NCBI GenBank assembly: GCA_963801165.1
Contig: CAWDDT010000007.1
Span: forward strand, 128,001 to 192,000
Length of the DNA: 64,000 nt
Direction: 5' to 3'
Source of the DNA: an uncultured bacterium
GTDB lineage: Bacteria; Actinomycetota; Acidimicrobiia; Spongiisociales; UBA5794
Below are positions 43,019-52,938 of this stretch, in pieces. Position numbers and translations under genes: made by a program. A model generated the notes under the pieces. The model searched no databases. It had not been told where the DNA came from and was given only the letters and a program-made list of their open reading frames with translations. Within the stretch, counting starts at the first letter, position 1; every line of letters starts with the position of its first letter.

Positions 43019-46000
43019 CGTGGCGGACTACGAGTACAGCTTCGATCCCGACGAGCCCAACAACACAGCCGCCGCTGTCTACCGGCTGGCACGGGGCGGC
43101 GGTCCCAAAGTGCTCGACCTGGGGTCGGGGCCGGGCATCGTCGCCGGCTATCTGACTGCTCACGACGGCAAGCAGGTCACCTGTGTCGACGACTCCGCCG
43201 ATGCCCTCGCCGCCGCCCGGGAGCGTGGCGTGGGGCGGGTCGTCGCCGCCGATCTCGCCGACCCCGGCTGGGCGGATGCGATCGCGGGGGAGAGCTTCGA
43301 CGTCATCGTCCTGGCCGACGTTCTCGAGCATCTCGTCGATCCCGCCGCCTTGCTGGCGGTTGTGGAGGAGCGGAGCCTGCTCGCCGACGACGGGTATCTC
43401 GTCGTCTCCATCCCCAATGCCGGCCATGAGGCAGTGCTGGCGGAGTTGATCAACGGCCGCTTTACCTACCAGGACACCGGTCTGCTGGACTCGACGCACC
43501 TGCGGTTCTTCACGCTGGCGAGCGTGCGGGAGTTGCTCGAGCGGTCCGGGTTCTTCATCACCCGGATCGAACGGACACACCGCACCGCCGAACAGACGTC
43601 GCTGGCCGCCCACGACGTGACGCTGCCGCCCGGGCTGCGGGACAGGCTGCTCGAAGCCGCCGCCGAGGCACAGACGTACCAGTTCATCGTGAAGGCGGAA
43701 CGGGCCGATGCCGCCGGCGCGGTCGCGGACTTGCGGGAGCGGCTCGCTGTGACCGAGGCCCGTCTGGCGGAGGCGGAGCGGGTATCGCTTCGGGAGGCGA
43801 CTGCCGAGCTGGCAGCGGCCCGCGACGCCGCCGAGACACGGGCAATGGCGCTCGAAGCCGACGCCGCCGAGGCTCGCCGCGACCGGGCGATCCTCGAACA
43901 ACGGGTAGCCGAACTGGAGGGGGCGCTGGCCCGGGAGCGACGGCTCACCGCCACAGAGCGCAAGCGCGCCGAACAGGCGCTGGCCGAGGCAAAGCATCAA
44001 GCGGGTGGAGCGGACCTCGAGAAGGCACGGCGCGAGATCACCCGGCTCGAGAAGAAGCTCGCCGACGTCTATCAATCACGCACCTGGCGGGTCGGCCGGG
44101 CCGCCTGGTCAGCCTTCCACGTCCCCCGTCGGGTGCTAGGGAGGGGTCGGCCGGCAACCGCGACGACCGTGAAGCCGAACAGAGCGCCGGAGACCGTAGC
44201 CCCCTCCGAAGCTGCCGCCTATGCCCTCGTCGAGAACGTGGCGATGCGATTCAAGTATCAGGCTGCGCTGTCGCGACAGAGGTTCACGGCCGGCGTCAAG
44301 CACATCGCCTTCGCCGTCTTCACAGACGACCTCGGCGCCGGGCGGGGCGACCTGTACACCGCCATCGGGTTGGGGCGTCATCTCGAGAAAATCGGCCACC
44401 AGGTGGTGTATCTGCCCCGGGAGAGCTGGTACGACGTCCCCGACGACACCGACGTCTACGTGGCGATGCTGGAGACCGTGGACGTCACCCGGCTGCCGGC
44501 CGGCATCACCACGGTCGCCTGGGTGCGCAACCAGACCGACGTCTGGCTGGAGCAGCCGTGGCTGACGCTGTTCGACCTGGTGCTGGCGTCGTCGCAGCTC
44601 TCGCTCGATGCGCTGTCTCGCGTCTATCCGGGCCCGACCGGGCTGTTGCCGATCGGCGTCGACACAGAGTTGTTCAGCAGCGGGGCGGATGAGCGAAGCG
44701 GCGTCGTGTCGACGGTGAACCAGTGGGGGAGAGAGCGCGAGGTCTTCGGCTTTCTCAAGGAGAAGGACCCCGACTTCCCGCTGGCGCTGTACGGCCAACA
44801 ACGCGGGATCGCGGCGACACTGGCGCCGTACGCCCGGGGGCCGGTTTCGTTCTTTGCGCTGCCCTCGCTGTATAACCAGGCGCGAATCGTGCTCGACGAT
44901 TTCAACCACACCACCGCCGGGTATGGCAATGTCAACTCGCGGTTGCTCGAAGCGGCGGCCTGTGGCGCCAGGGTGCTCACCAACCGGGCGACCGGGCTGG
45001 AGGCGATGGGTCTCGAGGGCGTCGCGGTGTTCTCGTCGGCGCGAGAGCTTTTCGACCTGATCGACCGGGGTCTGGCGCAACCGGATAAGACCGCCGAAGA
45101 GGTATGCCGGGTCGTCGTCGAGCGCCACAGCTATGAGCAGCGGGCGGTGGAGTTCGTCGCCCGGCTCGACCGGCTGGGCGAGGTCGAGCCGGCGGGCGAC
45201 GCCGTCGTTATCGGCTTCTACCCGGACTACCGGGACAACCCGTTCACCGAGATGCTGTGGGCGGCTCTGCGGGACCGGCGCAGCGTCGCCGTTCCGGTGG
45301 GCGAGCGGCTCAGCTTCACCGGTGTTGTCCGGGCGGCCGAGCATCGCCCGACGGTGTTCCATCTCAACTGGACGGCGCCGATCCTCGGGGGGGCCAAGGA
45401 CGACCACGACCGATTGGTCCGTCACCGCCGGTTCCTCGAAGCGCTCGACGAGATGCACTCGCATGGGATCCCGTCCATTTGGACGGTCCACAACGTGCTG
45501 CCGCACGAGTGCGCCGATCGGGAGTTGGAGGCGCGGCTGCGCCAGGAGATCGCCGACCGGGTCGATGCGGTCCACGTCATGTGTGAGGACACGGTGGCGG
45601 CGTGTGCGAAGTGGTTCGAGATCCCGCAATCGAAGGTGCGGGTGATCCCGCATCCGAGCTACATCGACGTTTACCCCAACCTCGTCGACCGGGACACCGC
45701 CCGGGATGCTCTGGGGTTGCGGTCCGAGGACTTCGTCTACCTGCACCTCGGGCAGATCCGGCCGTACAAGGGCATCGACCGGCTTCTCGACGCCTTCGAG
45801 CGGGTGGCCGGGGTGGATGGTGACGCCCGGCTGCTGCTGGTGGGTAAGCCGGGCCGATTCGAGGGTGTGCGCCAGATCACCGATCGGGCCCGGGCCAACC
45901 CCGGGGTCGTCGCCAGCTTCAACCCCGTCCCCGACGCCGACATCCAGCTCTACATGAACGCCGCCGACGTGGTTGTGCTGCCGCATCAGACGGCGCTCAA

Positions 46001-46262
46001 CAGCGGCGCCTTGCTGCTGGCGTACTCCTTCGCCCGCCCGGTGGTGGCGTCGGCCACGGGCTGCCTGGCGGGCCAGGTAGACGAGACCACCGGCATCCCC
46101 TTCGACTGGGCCGACGGCCCGCTCGCCCTGCAAAACGCCATGCTCGCCGCCAGGGAGCTAGGCCCGGAGCACGGCGCTGCCGCCTACGCCCGGGCCGAAG
46201 AAGCCCACTACCTGAAGATCAGCAAACGGTTCGCCGCACTGGTGGACGAACTGCTCGCGTGA
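43011..46262 (+). CDS. Methyltransferase / coiled coil / two GT-B glycosyltransferase fusion
   Basis: VLDLGSGPG, ADVLEHL, GLLDSTHLRFFT; Ala/Glu/Arg coiled coil ending QSRTWRVG; NSRLLEAAACG (CgeB-like GT); WTVHN, GQIRPYKG, ADVVVLP..SG (GT4). Confidence 0.9.
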   Translation: MSDVADYEYSFDPDEPNNTAAAVYRLARGGGPKVLDLGSGPGIVAGYLTAHDGKQVTCVDDSADALAAARERGVGRVVAADLADPGWADAIAGESFDVIVLADVLEHLVDPAALLAVVEERSLLADDGYLVVSIPNAGHEAVLAELINGRFTYQDTGLLDSTHLRFFTLASVRELLERSGFFITRIERTHRTAEQTSLAAHDVTLPPGLRDRLLEAAAEAQTYQFIVKAERADAAGAVADLRERLAVTEARLAEAERVSLREATAELAAARDAAETRAMALEADAAEARRDRAILEQRVAELEGALARERRLTATERKRAEQALAEAKHQAGGADLEKARREITRLEKKLADVYQSRTWRVGRAAWSAFHVPRRVLGRGRPATATTVKPNRAPETVAPSEAAAYALVENVAMRFKYQAALSRQRFTAGVKHIAFAVFTDDLGAGRGDLYTAIGLGRHLEKIGHQVVYLPRESWYDVPDDTDVYVAMLETVDVTRLPAGITTVAWVRNQTDVWLEQPWLTLFDLVLASSQLSLDALSRVYPGPTGLLPIGVDTELFSSGADERSGVVSTVNQWGREREVFGFLKEKDPDFPLALYGQQRGIAATLAPYARGPVSFFALPSLYNQARIVLDDFNHTTAGYGNVNSRLLEAAACGARVLTNRATGLEAMGLEGVAVFSSARELFDLIDRGLAQPDKTAEEVCRVVVERHSYEQRAVEFVARLDRLGEVEPAGDAVVIGFYPDYRDNPFTEMLWAALRDRRSVAVPVGERLSFTGVVRAAEHRPTVFHLNWTAPILGGAKDDHDRLVRHRRFLEALDEMHSHGIPSIWTVHNVLPHECADRELEARLRQEIADRVDAVHVMCEDTVAACAKWFEIPQSKVRVIPHPSYIDVYPNLVDRDTARDALGLRSEDFVYLHLGQIRPYKGIDRLLDAFERVAGVDGDARLLLVGKPGRFEGVRQITDRARANPGVVASFNPVPDADIQLYMNAADVVVLPHQTALNSGALLLAYSFARPVVASATGCLAGQVDETTGIPFDWADGPLALQNAMLAARELGPEHGAAAYARAEEAHYLKISKRFAALVDELLA

Positions 46263-46328
46263 ACCTCGGCGTCAGAAACCGGAACAGGTTCCGGTCGGCG
46301 ACGCCGGACTGCACACGATGGACGAGGT

Positions 46329-46766
46329 TTATGGGGTGACGTTCCGAGGGTCGACCGTTCGGAGACCGGTGAATCGGGCATAGTCACCATCGGTCGTGAC
46401 CCATTCGCTCCCGGTTTCGATCGCCATCGCGGCAAGATAAGCGTCGGGTACGAGGTTCCCTCGTGCGTGTGCGGTTCGGAGCAGATCGGTGAAGATCGTC
46501 CATTGTCTAGGCCCGGGCTCGACGGTAACAAAGTTGGGTCGTTCGGTGAGCGCGGCAACGAAGCTGAGCGCGTCGTCGAGCGGTGTTGGCGTCTCGAACA
46601 CCCGTGGGTGTGTCGACACGCGGATGAAGCCGCTCAGCGACAACGACGGTGCGCCAAAGAGCGCCGGGCCCGCAACGGCGTCGTCGAGGAATCGACGGCA
46701 CGTGTCGTGGTGGGGGCTGTCGGCTCGGTGGGCATAGACAAGCACATTGACATCGAGCAACCTCAA
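46329..46766 (-). CDS. vapC: VapC PIN-domain toxin
   Basis: LDVNVLVYA, GNLVPDAYLAAMAIE, TDGDYARF. Confidence 0.93.
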   Translation of the reverse strand: MRLLDVNVLVYAHRADSPHHDTCRRFLDDAVAGPALFGAPSLSLSGFIRVSTHPRVFETPTPLDDALSFVAALTERPNFVTVEPGPRQWTIFTDLLRTAHARGNLVPDAYLAAMAIETGSEWVTTDGDYARFTGLRTVDPRNVTP

Positions 46767-46999
46767 CGGCCCTCCATGAGATCGAGCAACGCTGCGGAAT
46801 CATCGAGATCCACTCCGGCACGCAAGCCCGAGCCGGCGAAGAGGGGGAGATCCGCCGCATCGGAGGGCAACTCGGCACGCAGCGAAAGCTGATAGCGCAC
46901 CGCGGTCTCGATGAACGCTGTCAGCGACTCACCATTCTCGGCTGCCACCGCCTTGGCCCGCCGCAGCAACTCATCTTCGATCCGTATCGTCGTCCGCAT
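46763..46999 (-). CDS. vapB: VapB antitoxin (RHH)
   Basis: MRTTIRIEDELLRRAK...GVDLDDSAALLDLME; 4-bp overlap with toxin. Confidence 0.9.
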   Translation of the reverse strand: MRTTIRIEDELLRRAKAVAAENGESLTAFIETAVRYQLSLRAELPSDAADLPLFAGSGLRAGVDLDDSAALLDLMEGR

Positions 47000-47035
47000 G
47001 CATCAAAGCATCCCAGTGTGACATTTATATGTCAA
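47000..47035 (-). promoter_or_regulatory. Leaderless promoter/operator of left vapBC
   Basis: TTGACA-17 bp-GATGCT-7 bp-ATG; palindrome TGACAT-TTAT-ATGTCA at 47019-47034. Confidence 0.6.
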
Positions 47036-47113
47036 GCCTATCGGACCGAGCTTTCTCGAGAACCATGGGTTCGAGTGTCTGTCGTTGCCCCGGTGTATTC
47101 TCATCAGTGAGGA

Positions 47114-47150
47114 CATCATGATGCAGTGGGGATGATGCTATGATGACGAG
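47114..47150 (+). promoter_or_regulatory. Leaderless promoter/operator of right vapBC
   Basis: CATCATGATG palindrome; extended -10 TGcTATGAT 6 bp before ATG 47151. Confidence 0.6.
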
Positions 47151-47408
47151 ATGCGAACGACGATCACGCTGGAGCCCGACGTTGCGGCGAAGGTGCAGGA
47201 TCTGATGCGGGAACGTGGCATCTCGTTCAAGGATGCCGTCAACCAGACCTTGCGATTGGGCTTTGGGCAGAGCAGGCAGGCGCGGTCGTACGAGGTCCCG
47301 GTGCGCAGTCTCGGGCTCAAGGCTGGAATCGACCTGACCAGGGCGCTTCACCTCGCAGCCGAGCTAGAGGACGAGGCCAACCTGCGCGATCTGGAAGAGC
47401 GCAAGTGA
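47151..47408 (+). CDS. vapB: VapB antitoxin
   Basis: MRTTITLEPDVAAKV...SFKDAVNQTLRLG...IDLTRALHLAAELEDE. Confidence 0.9.
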   Translation: MRTTITLEPDVAAKVQDLMRERGISFKDAVNQTLRLGFGQSRQARSYEVPVRSLGLKAGIDLTRALHLAAELEDEANLRDLEERK

Positions 47409-47839
47409 TCGTCCCGGATCTCAACCTGTTGCTCTACGCGATTGACGACAGCTCTCCGCAGCATGATCGGGCGCGCGTGTGGTTGAGCGATGTGATGTCG
47501 GGCACGGAGACCGTCGCGTTCGCTTGGACGGTGCTGCTCGGTTTCATCCGTCTCGCCACCAACCCACGAGTGTTTGCCGATCCGTTGGCGGCGGGAGATG
47601 CCATCGAGATTGCCTCGGGGTGGCTGGAGCAGCCCAATTCGACACTCGTCAATCCGACAGACCGTCACCTGGCGGTCCTCCAGGAGCTGCTCGCGCCGCT
47701 CGGCACCGCTGCGAACCTGACCACCGATGGCCACCTCGCGGCGCTGGCAATCGAGCACGGCGCCGAGATCCACTCGGCCGACACGGATTTCGCCCGGTTC
47801 CCGGGCCTCCGGTGGACGAACCCGCTCGTTGACAGATGA
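47405..47839 (+). CDS. vapC: VapC PIN-domain toxin
   Basis: PDLNLLLYA, NLTTDGHLAALAIEH, SADTDFARFPGL. Confidence 0.93.
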   Translation: MIVPDLNLLLYAIDDSSPQHDRARVWLSDVMSGTETVAFAWTVLLGFIRLATNPRVFADPLAAGDAIEIASGWLEQPNSTLVNPTDRHLAVLQELLAPLGTAANLTTDGHLAALAIEHGAEIHSADTDFARFPGLRWTNPLVDR

Positions 47840-48342
47840 GGACGCCATGGAAGTACTTGGCGGAATTCATCGCCACCGCGGGATAAACGTTGGAGGTCAG
47901 TCTGATTGGGGTTTCGACGCTGCGGGATCTTGCCGGGTACAGCGGAAATGTTGAGTTTGCCGACTTTGTCGACGAGGCGAGAGCGCTTGTCCACAGCAGT
48001 GACGGGCTGCGACGTCCTGGTCGCGCGACGATGTCGGCGATGTCGGCCAAACGTTGCCACATACCGACCCCGGATCCCGAGGTTCCGGTGCGGGCGCGGG
48101 CTTCACGGGGCTATTCGTGACACGGTGCGCCGTCGTGGACCGAGGCCGGATCCCAAGTCACTGCACCTCAACGGGCAGCCACCGCCACCATCCACATCTC
48201 CCGTACATCAGATCCGGGTGGAAAAACGTCGATGAGCTGCTGATGTGGTCATTGAAGAGAGGTATTGAGTCAGGTACCGGGTCCTATCGCTCGCCCGAGC
48301 GATAGAGTTGTCTGCGAGGGACTTCTTATGTCGGGGAGGTTG

Positions 48343-49443
48343 ATGATGACCGATTTGATGCCGTTGCTGGGGTACGACGCGATTGAGTTTTACGTGGGTA
48401 ACGCCCGCCAGGCCGCTCACTACTACCGCACCGCAATGGGGTTCGACGTCGTCGGCTATGCCGGTCCCGAGACGGGAGTGCGTGATCGCTCGTCTTTCGT
48501 GCTCGAGCAGGGAGCGATCAGGTTCGTCGTCACGGCCGGGCTCGATCCCGATTCGCCGATCGTCCGTCACCAGGCGCTCCACGGCGACGGGGTGAAGGAC
48601 GTGGCGTTCTCGGTTCCAGATGCCGAGGAAGCGCTCCGGGTGGCTGTCGAACGAGGCGCCTCCATCCACCGCGAGCCCGAGTCGCTCGAGGATGAGCACG
48701 GCAAGGTGGTCGTGTCGTCGATACGCGCCTACGGGGACACGATCCATTCGTTCGTTGATCGCTCCAACTACGGGGGCGTCTACCTGCCGGGGTACAACCC
48801 CACCCGGCACTGGAACCCGGCGCTGGGGACCGGCCTGCACACCATCGATCACGTCGTATGCAACGTGGAGCTTGGGGCGATGGACCAGTGGGCCGCCTTC
48901 TACGCCAATATCATGGGCTTCACCCAGCTCCACCATTTCAACGACGAGCAGATCGCCACCGAGTTCACCGCGCTGATGTCGAAGGTGCTCTGGGACGGCA
49001 CCGGCCGTATCAAGCTGCCCATCAACGAGCCCGCCGACGGGAAGCGCAAGTCGCAGATCGAGGAGTTCCTCGACTACTACAAGACGCCGGGTGTCCAACA
49101 CATGGCGCTGGCCACCGATGACATCGTCGAGACCGTGGGTGTGATGCGCGACAACGGCGTGCGGTTCCTGCGGGTGCCGGACACGTACTACGCGGAGCTA
49201 CAGGATCGGCTCGATTGGAGCATGATCGACTCCGACATCGGCCCGCTGGCTGAGCTCGGTGTGCTGGTCGACCAGGACGATGAGGGCTACCTCCTTCAGA
49301 TCTTCACCAAGAACGTCCAGGATCGGCCCACCGTGTTCTACGAGATCATCGAACGGCACGGCTCTACCGGTTTCGGTGTCGGCAACTTCAGGGCGCTTTT
49401 CGAAGCCATCGAACGCGAGCAGGCCGAACGCGGAAACCTGTAG
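48343..49443 (+). CDS. hppD: 4-hydroxyphenylpyruvate dioxygenase
   Basis: HGDGVKD, IDHVVCN, PINEP, SQIEEF, GVQHMAL, GYLLQIFT, GFGVGNFRALFEAIE. Confidence 0.97.
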   Translation: MMTDLMPLLGYDAIEFYVGNARQAAHYYRTAMGFDVVGYAGPETGVRDRSSFVLEQGAIRFVVTAGLDPDSPIVRHQALHGDGVKDVAFSVPDAEEALRVAVERGASIHREPESLEDEHGKVVVSSIRAYGDTIHSFVDRSNYGGVYLPGYNPTRHWNPALGTGLHTIDHVVCNVELGAMDQWAAFYANIMGFTQLHHFNDEQIATEFTALMSKVLWDGTGRIKLPINEPADGKRKSQIEEFLDYYKTPGVQHMALATDDIVETVGVMRDNGVRFLRVPDTYYAELQDRLDWSMIDSDIGPLAELGVLVDQDDEGYLLQIFTKNVQDRPTVFYEIIERHGSTGFGVGNFRALFEAIEREQAERGNL

Positions 49444-49448
49444 CGACG

Positions 49449-50267
49449 ATGGGGATGAGCAGTGAGATCTGGTCGAGGCTCATTGACTATGCGGGTGTGT
49501 TCCCTCCCGCCGAGCGCACCCTCACCGATGCCCTGACTCGTTATGCGCGGGCGACCGCAGGGCCGGATGGGTGGGTGCTCGGACCGTGTCTGATCCGGGC
49601 GTCGCAGCTCGGACAGCTCGAGCGTCACATGGTGCCGTCCGCACTCGGCATCGTGCTCGACCAACCGGTGAGCGCCGGCACACCGATTCCGATTGCGCAG
49701 GTGGAGACGGTTGCCGTGAGCGGGGGGGTGACCCGCGCCGTACGGCCGGCCTTGGAACTCAGCCCAGTTGTGTACGTGGAGGCGGCAGGCAGGCCCAACC
49801 GGCTGTTTCTCGAAGAGGTGGCCGGCCTCCGGGCGGGCGGCAACGACGTGCGGGCAAAGATCCGCACCGGTGGTAGCTCCGCGGCGTTCTTCCCCACCGT
49901 CGAGGAGGTGGCCGGGTTCATCGAGACCTGTGTGGAGCTTGCCGTCCCGTTCAAGGCGACCGCCGGGCTCCACCATCCCTTCCGGAGCCGGTCCACCGTC
50001 GATGAGGCCACCGAGCACGGCTACATCAACGTGCTGGCTGCGGTCCGGTCGGCGCTTGTGGGCGATGGTGCGGCCTGCCGGATGAGTCTTGAAGAGCATG
50101 ACCCGACCGCGTTCGATGTCACGACCGCCGTCTGGCGGGGCGTGGGCGCCGACGTGGCCGCCAAGACCGTCCGGGAGACATTCCGATCGTTCGGTTCCTG
50201 CAGCTTCAACGAGCCGGTGGGCTACCTGCGGGATCTGGGTGTGTTACCGGTGGAGACGGTGCTGTGA
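49449..50267 (+). CDS. Hypothetical protein in homogentisate operon
   Basis: LIDYAGVFPP, KIRTGG, FKATAGLHHP, HGYINVL, FGSCSFNEP; overlaps fahA start. Confidence 0.8.
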   Translation: MGMSSEIWSRLIDYAGVFPPAERTLTDALTRYARATAGPDGWVLGPCLIRASQLGQLERHMVPSALGIVLDQPVSAGTPIPIAQVETVAVSGGVTRAVRPALELSPVVYVEAAGRPNRLFLEEVAGLRAGGNDVRAKIRTGGSSAAFFPTVEEVAGFIETCVELAVPFKATAGLHHPFRSRSTVDEATEHGYINVLAAVRSALVGDGAACRMSLEEHDPTAFDVTTAVWRGVGADVAAKTVRETFRSFGSCSFNEPVGYLRDLGVLPVETVL

Positions 50268-51442
50268 CGCCCGACTTCGGGTTGGAGGTGCTGCCTTACT
50301 GCTCGTTCGCCCACCGCGATGACCGGTGGCGCCTCGGAGTGGGCGCCGGTACCGGGGTGGTGGATCTCGACACGCTGGTACGGCGGGGTGCCGTGACGTC
50401 GGTCGATCCGAACCTGCTGACCGGGGGACGGCTCAACCCGCTGCTGGCGGCGGGACGATCGGCCTGGGAGGCGCTCCACGAGGAGCTGGCGGCGACCGTG
50501 GGGGATCATCTCGAGACGGCAGTGCCCGCCGACGAGGTGTCGATGCGTCTCGCCTGGGATGTCGGAGACTTCGTCGATTTCTATGCGTCGCGGTATCACG
50601 CCGAGAATCTGGGCCGTCTGTTCCGGCCCGACGGTGACCCGTTGCTCCCCAACTGGCTGCATATGCCTGTCGGCTACCACGGGCGGGCCGGCACCGTGGT
50701 GGTGAGCGGTACACCCATCCGGCGCCCGTCGGGGCAGAGGAGGACACCGGAGGGCGAGATCGTGGTTGGTCCGAGTGTGCGCCTCGACATCGAGCTGGAG
50801 CTCGGATTCGTGCTCGGAGGGGCGTCGCAGCTGGGCTCACCGGTGCCGATCACCGACGCCGCCGAGCACCTCTTCGGTGTCGTGCTGCTCAACGACTGGT
50901 CTGCCCGCGATATACAGGCGTGGGAATACGTGCCGCTCGGGCCGTTCCTCGGCAAGTCCTTCGCCACCTCGGTGTCCGCCTGGGTGGTGCCGGTGCAGGC
51001 GCTGGACCGGGCGCGTGTTCCCGGTCCGGACCAGACCGATCCCCGGCCGTCCGAATATCTCCGCACCGAAGAACCGTGGGCGTTCGATCTCGACCTCGAG
51101 GTGTGGATGCGGCCGGCAGGTAAAGCTGAGTCGAGCCGCATTGCCACCGTCAGCGCCGCTGAGGCCCTCTACTGGAACGCCGCTCAGCAACTTGCTCATC
51201 TCACCGTCAACGGGGCCAGCGTTCGGTCCGGCGACCTGTTTGGAACTGGCACCGTGTCGGGCCCGCACCAAGCCCAATCCGGCAGCCTTATCGAGCTGAC
51301 CTGGGCTGGTCGATACCCCATCGTCGTTGCCGGTGCAACCAGGACGTTCCTAGAGGATGGCGATGAGATCATTCTCAGAGGTCGCACCGGGTCGGGAGAT
51401 ATTCCGCTTGGCCCGGTGGCCGGCACGGTTGTGAGCAGGTAG
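50264..51442 (+). CDS. fahA: Fumarylacetoacetase
   Basis: DFVDFYAS..HA, PVGYHGRA, LDIELE, NDWSARDIQAWEYVPLGPFLGKSF, FLEDGD. Confidence 0.96.
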   Translation: MTPDFGLEVLPYCSFAHRDDRWRLGVGAGTGVVDLDTLVRRGAVTSVDPNLLTGGRLNPLLAAGRSAWEALHEELAATVGDHLETAVPADEVSMRLAWDVGDFVDFYASRYHAENLGRLFRPDGDPLLPNWLHMPVGYHGRAGTVVVSGTPIRRPSGQRRTPEGEIVVGPSVRLDIELELGFVLGGASQLGSPVPITDAAEHLFGVVLLNDWSARDIQAWEYVPLGPFLGKSFATSVSAWVVPVQALDRARVPGPDQTDPRPSEYLRTEEPWAFDLDLEVWMRPAGKAESSRIATVSAAEALYWNAAQQLAHLTVNGASVRSGDLFGTGTVSGPHQAQSGSLIELTWAGRYPIVVAGATRTFLEDGDEIILRGRTGSGDIPLGPVAGTVVSR

Positions 51443-51497
51443 GGGGAGTGATGCTGCTCCGACTCGCCCTCGATATCCAAAGAGCAGAGGAGACCAC

Positions 51498-52820
51498 ATG
51501 ACCCGCCAGATGCCACCCGGCGCCGACATCGAGCACCCCGCCTACCTGACCGGTTTTGGCAACCAGTTCGCCAGCGCCGCCGAGCCGGGAGCGCTGCCGG
51601 TCGGTCAGAACAACCCGCAGGAACCGCCGCTTGGCCTCTATACCGAGCAGTTGTCGGGCACGGCGTTCGGGGTTCCCAACCGGCGCAACCGGCGTACGTG
51701 GCTGTACCGGATCCGGCCTTCGGTTCGGCATGCGTGGCGGTTCACCGAGACCGGCAACCACATGATCCGTACCTCCCCGTGCCGCGAGGCAGACCCGCCG
51801 ATCGGCCAGCTCCGCTGGAACCCGCCCGTCTTCCCCGACCAACCGACCACGTTTGTCACGGGTATCCACACCATCGCCACCAACGGCGACGCCCACACCC
51901 AGACCGGTATGGCGGCGCACGTTTACATGGCCACCGAGTCTATGAGCCGGACCTATTTCGCCACCGCCGACGGTGAGATGTTGATCGTGCCGCAGGAAGG
52001 CAGGCTACGGTTCGTCACCGAATGCGGGGTCCTGATCGCCGGCCCCGGTGAGATCGCCGTGATGCCTCGGGGGATGGTTTGGCGGGTCGAGCTGATCGAC
52101 GGTACGGCCCGGGGATACATCTGCGAGAACTATGGCACCTACTTCGAGTTGCCCGAGCGCGGTCCGATCGGCGCCAACGGGCTGGCAAACCCGCGGGACT
52201 TCGAATACCCGACTGCGGCATACGAAGACGTCGAGGAGCCCGGTGAGCTGTTTGTGAAGTTCGACGGGCGGCTGTTCGTCGTCGAGACCGACTATTCGCC
52301 GCTCGACGTGGTCGGCTGGCACGGCAACCACGCCCCCTACCGGTACGACCTGAGCCGGTTCAACGTGATCGGGTCGATAAGCTTCGATCACCCCGACCCC
52401 TCGATCTTCACCGTGCTCACGTCACCGTCGCCCGACGAGGGAATCGCCAACGTGGACTTCGTCGTGTTCACCGACCGCTGGCTGGTCGGCGAGCACACCT
52501 TCCGACCTCCCTACTACCACCGGAACATCATGAGTGAGTTCATGGGCATCGTGTACGGCGTCTACGACGCCAAGGAGGAGGGTTTCAACCCCGGCGGGAT
52601 GAGCCTGCACAACATGTACTTCCCCCATGGGCCGGACCACGACGCCTGGCTGAAGGCCACATCGTCCGACCTTGCTCCCGAGAAACTGGCCGACACTCTG
52701 TCGTTTATGTTCGAGACCCGCTACCCACTGATCCCAACAGCCTATGCCAGCTCGATCCCGGCGCTTCAAGAGGACTACCCCACCGTCTGGCACAAACTCG
52801 AAAGGCACTTCGAAGGGTGA
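51498..52820 (+). CDS. hmgA: Homogentisate 1,2-dioxygenase
   Basis: EQLSGTAF, GPIGANGLAN, FDHPDPSIFTVLT, FRPPYYHRNIMSEFMG, SLHN..PHGPD. Confidence 0.97.
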   Translation: MTRQMPPGADIEHPAYLTGFGNQFASAAEPGALPVGQNNPQEPPLGLYTEQLSGTAFGVPNRRNRRTWLYRIRPSVRHAWRFTETGNHMIRTSPCREADPPIGQLRWNPPVFPDQPTTFVTGIHTIATNGDAHTQTGMAAHVYMATESMSRTYFATADGEMLIVPQEGRLRFVTECGVLIAGPGEIAVMPRGMVWRVELIDGTARGYICENYGTYFELPERGPIGANGLANPRDFEYPTAAYEDVEEPGELFVKFDGRLFVVETDYSPLDVVGWHGNHAPYRYDLSRFNVIGSISFDHPDPSIFTVLTSPSPDEGIANVDFVVFTDRWLVGEHTFRPPYYHRNIMSEFMGIVYGVYDAKEEGFNPGGMSLHNMYFPHGPDHDAWLKATSSDLAPEKLADTLSFMFETRYPLIPTAYASSIPALQEDYPTVWHKLERHFEG

Positions 52821-52938
52821 CCATCTGTTTCGATCCTTCGTGGACGCCCCCGGCCAGCTCGCGAAGATCATGTTCAGGGTCGGGCGGGAGCACGATGGCG
52901 AGGGTCCCGCATCACGGCGAAGTCCGGGTGGCGTGACG

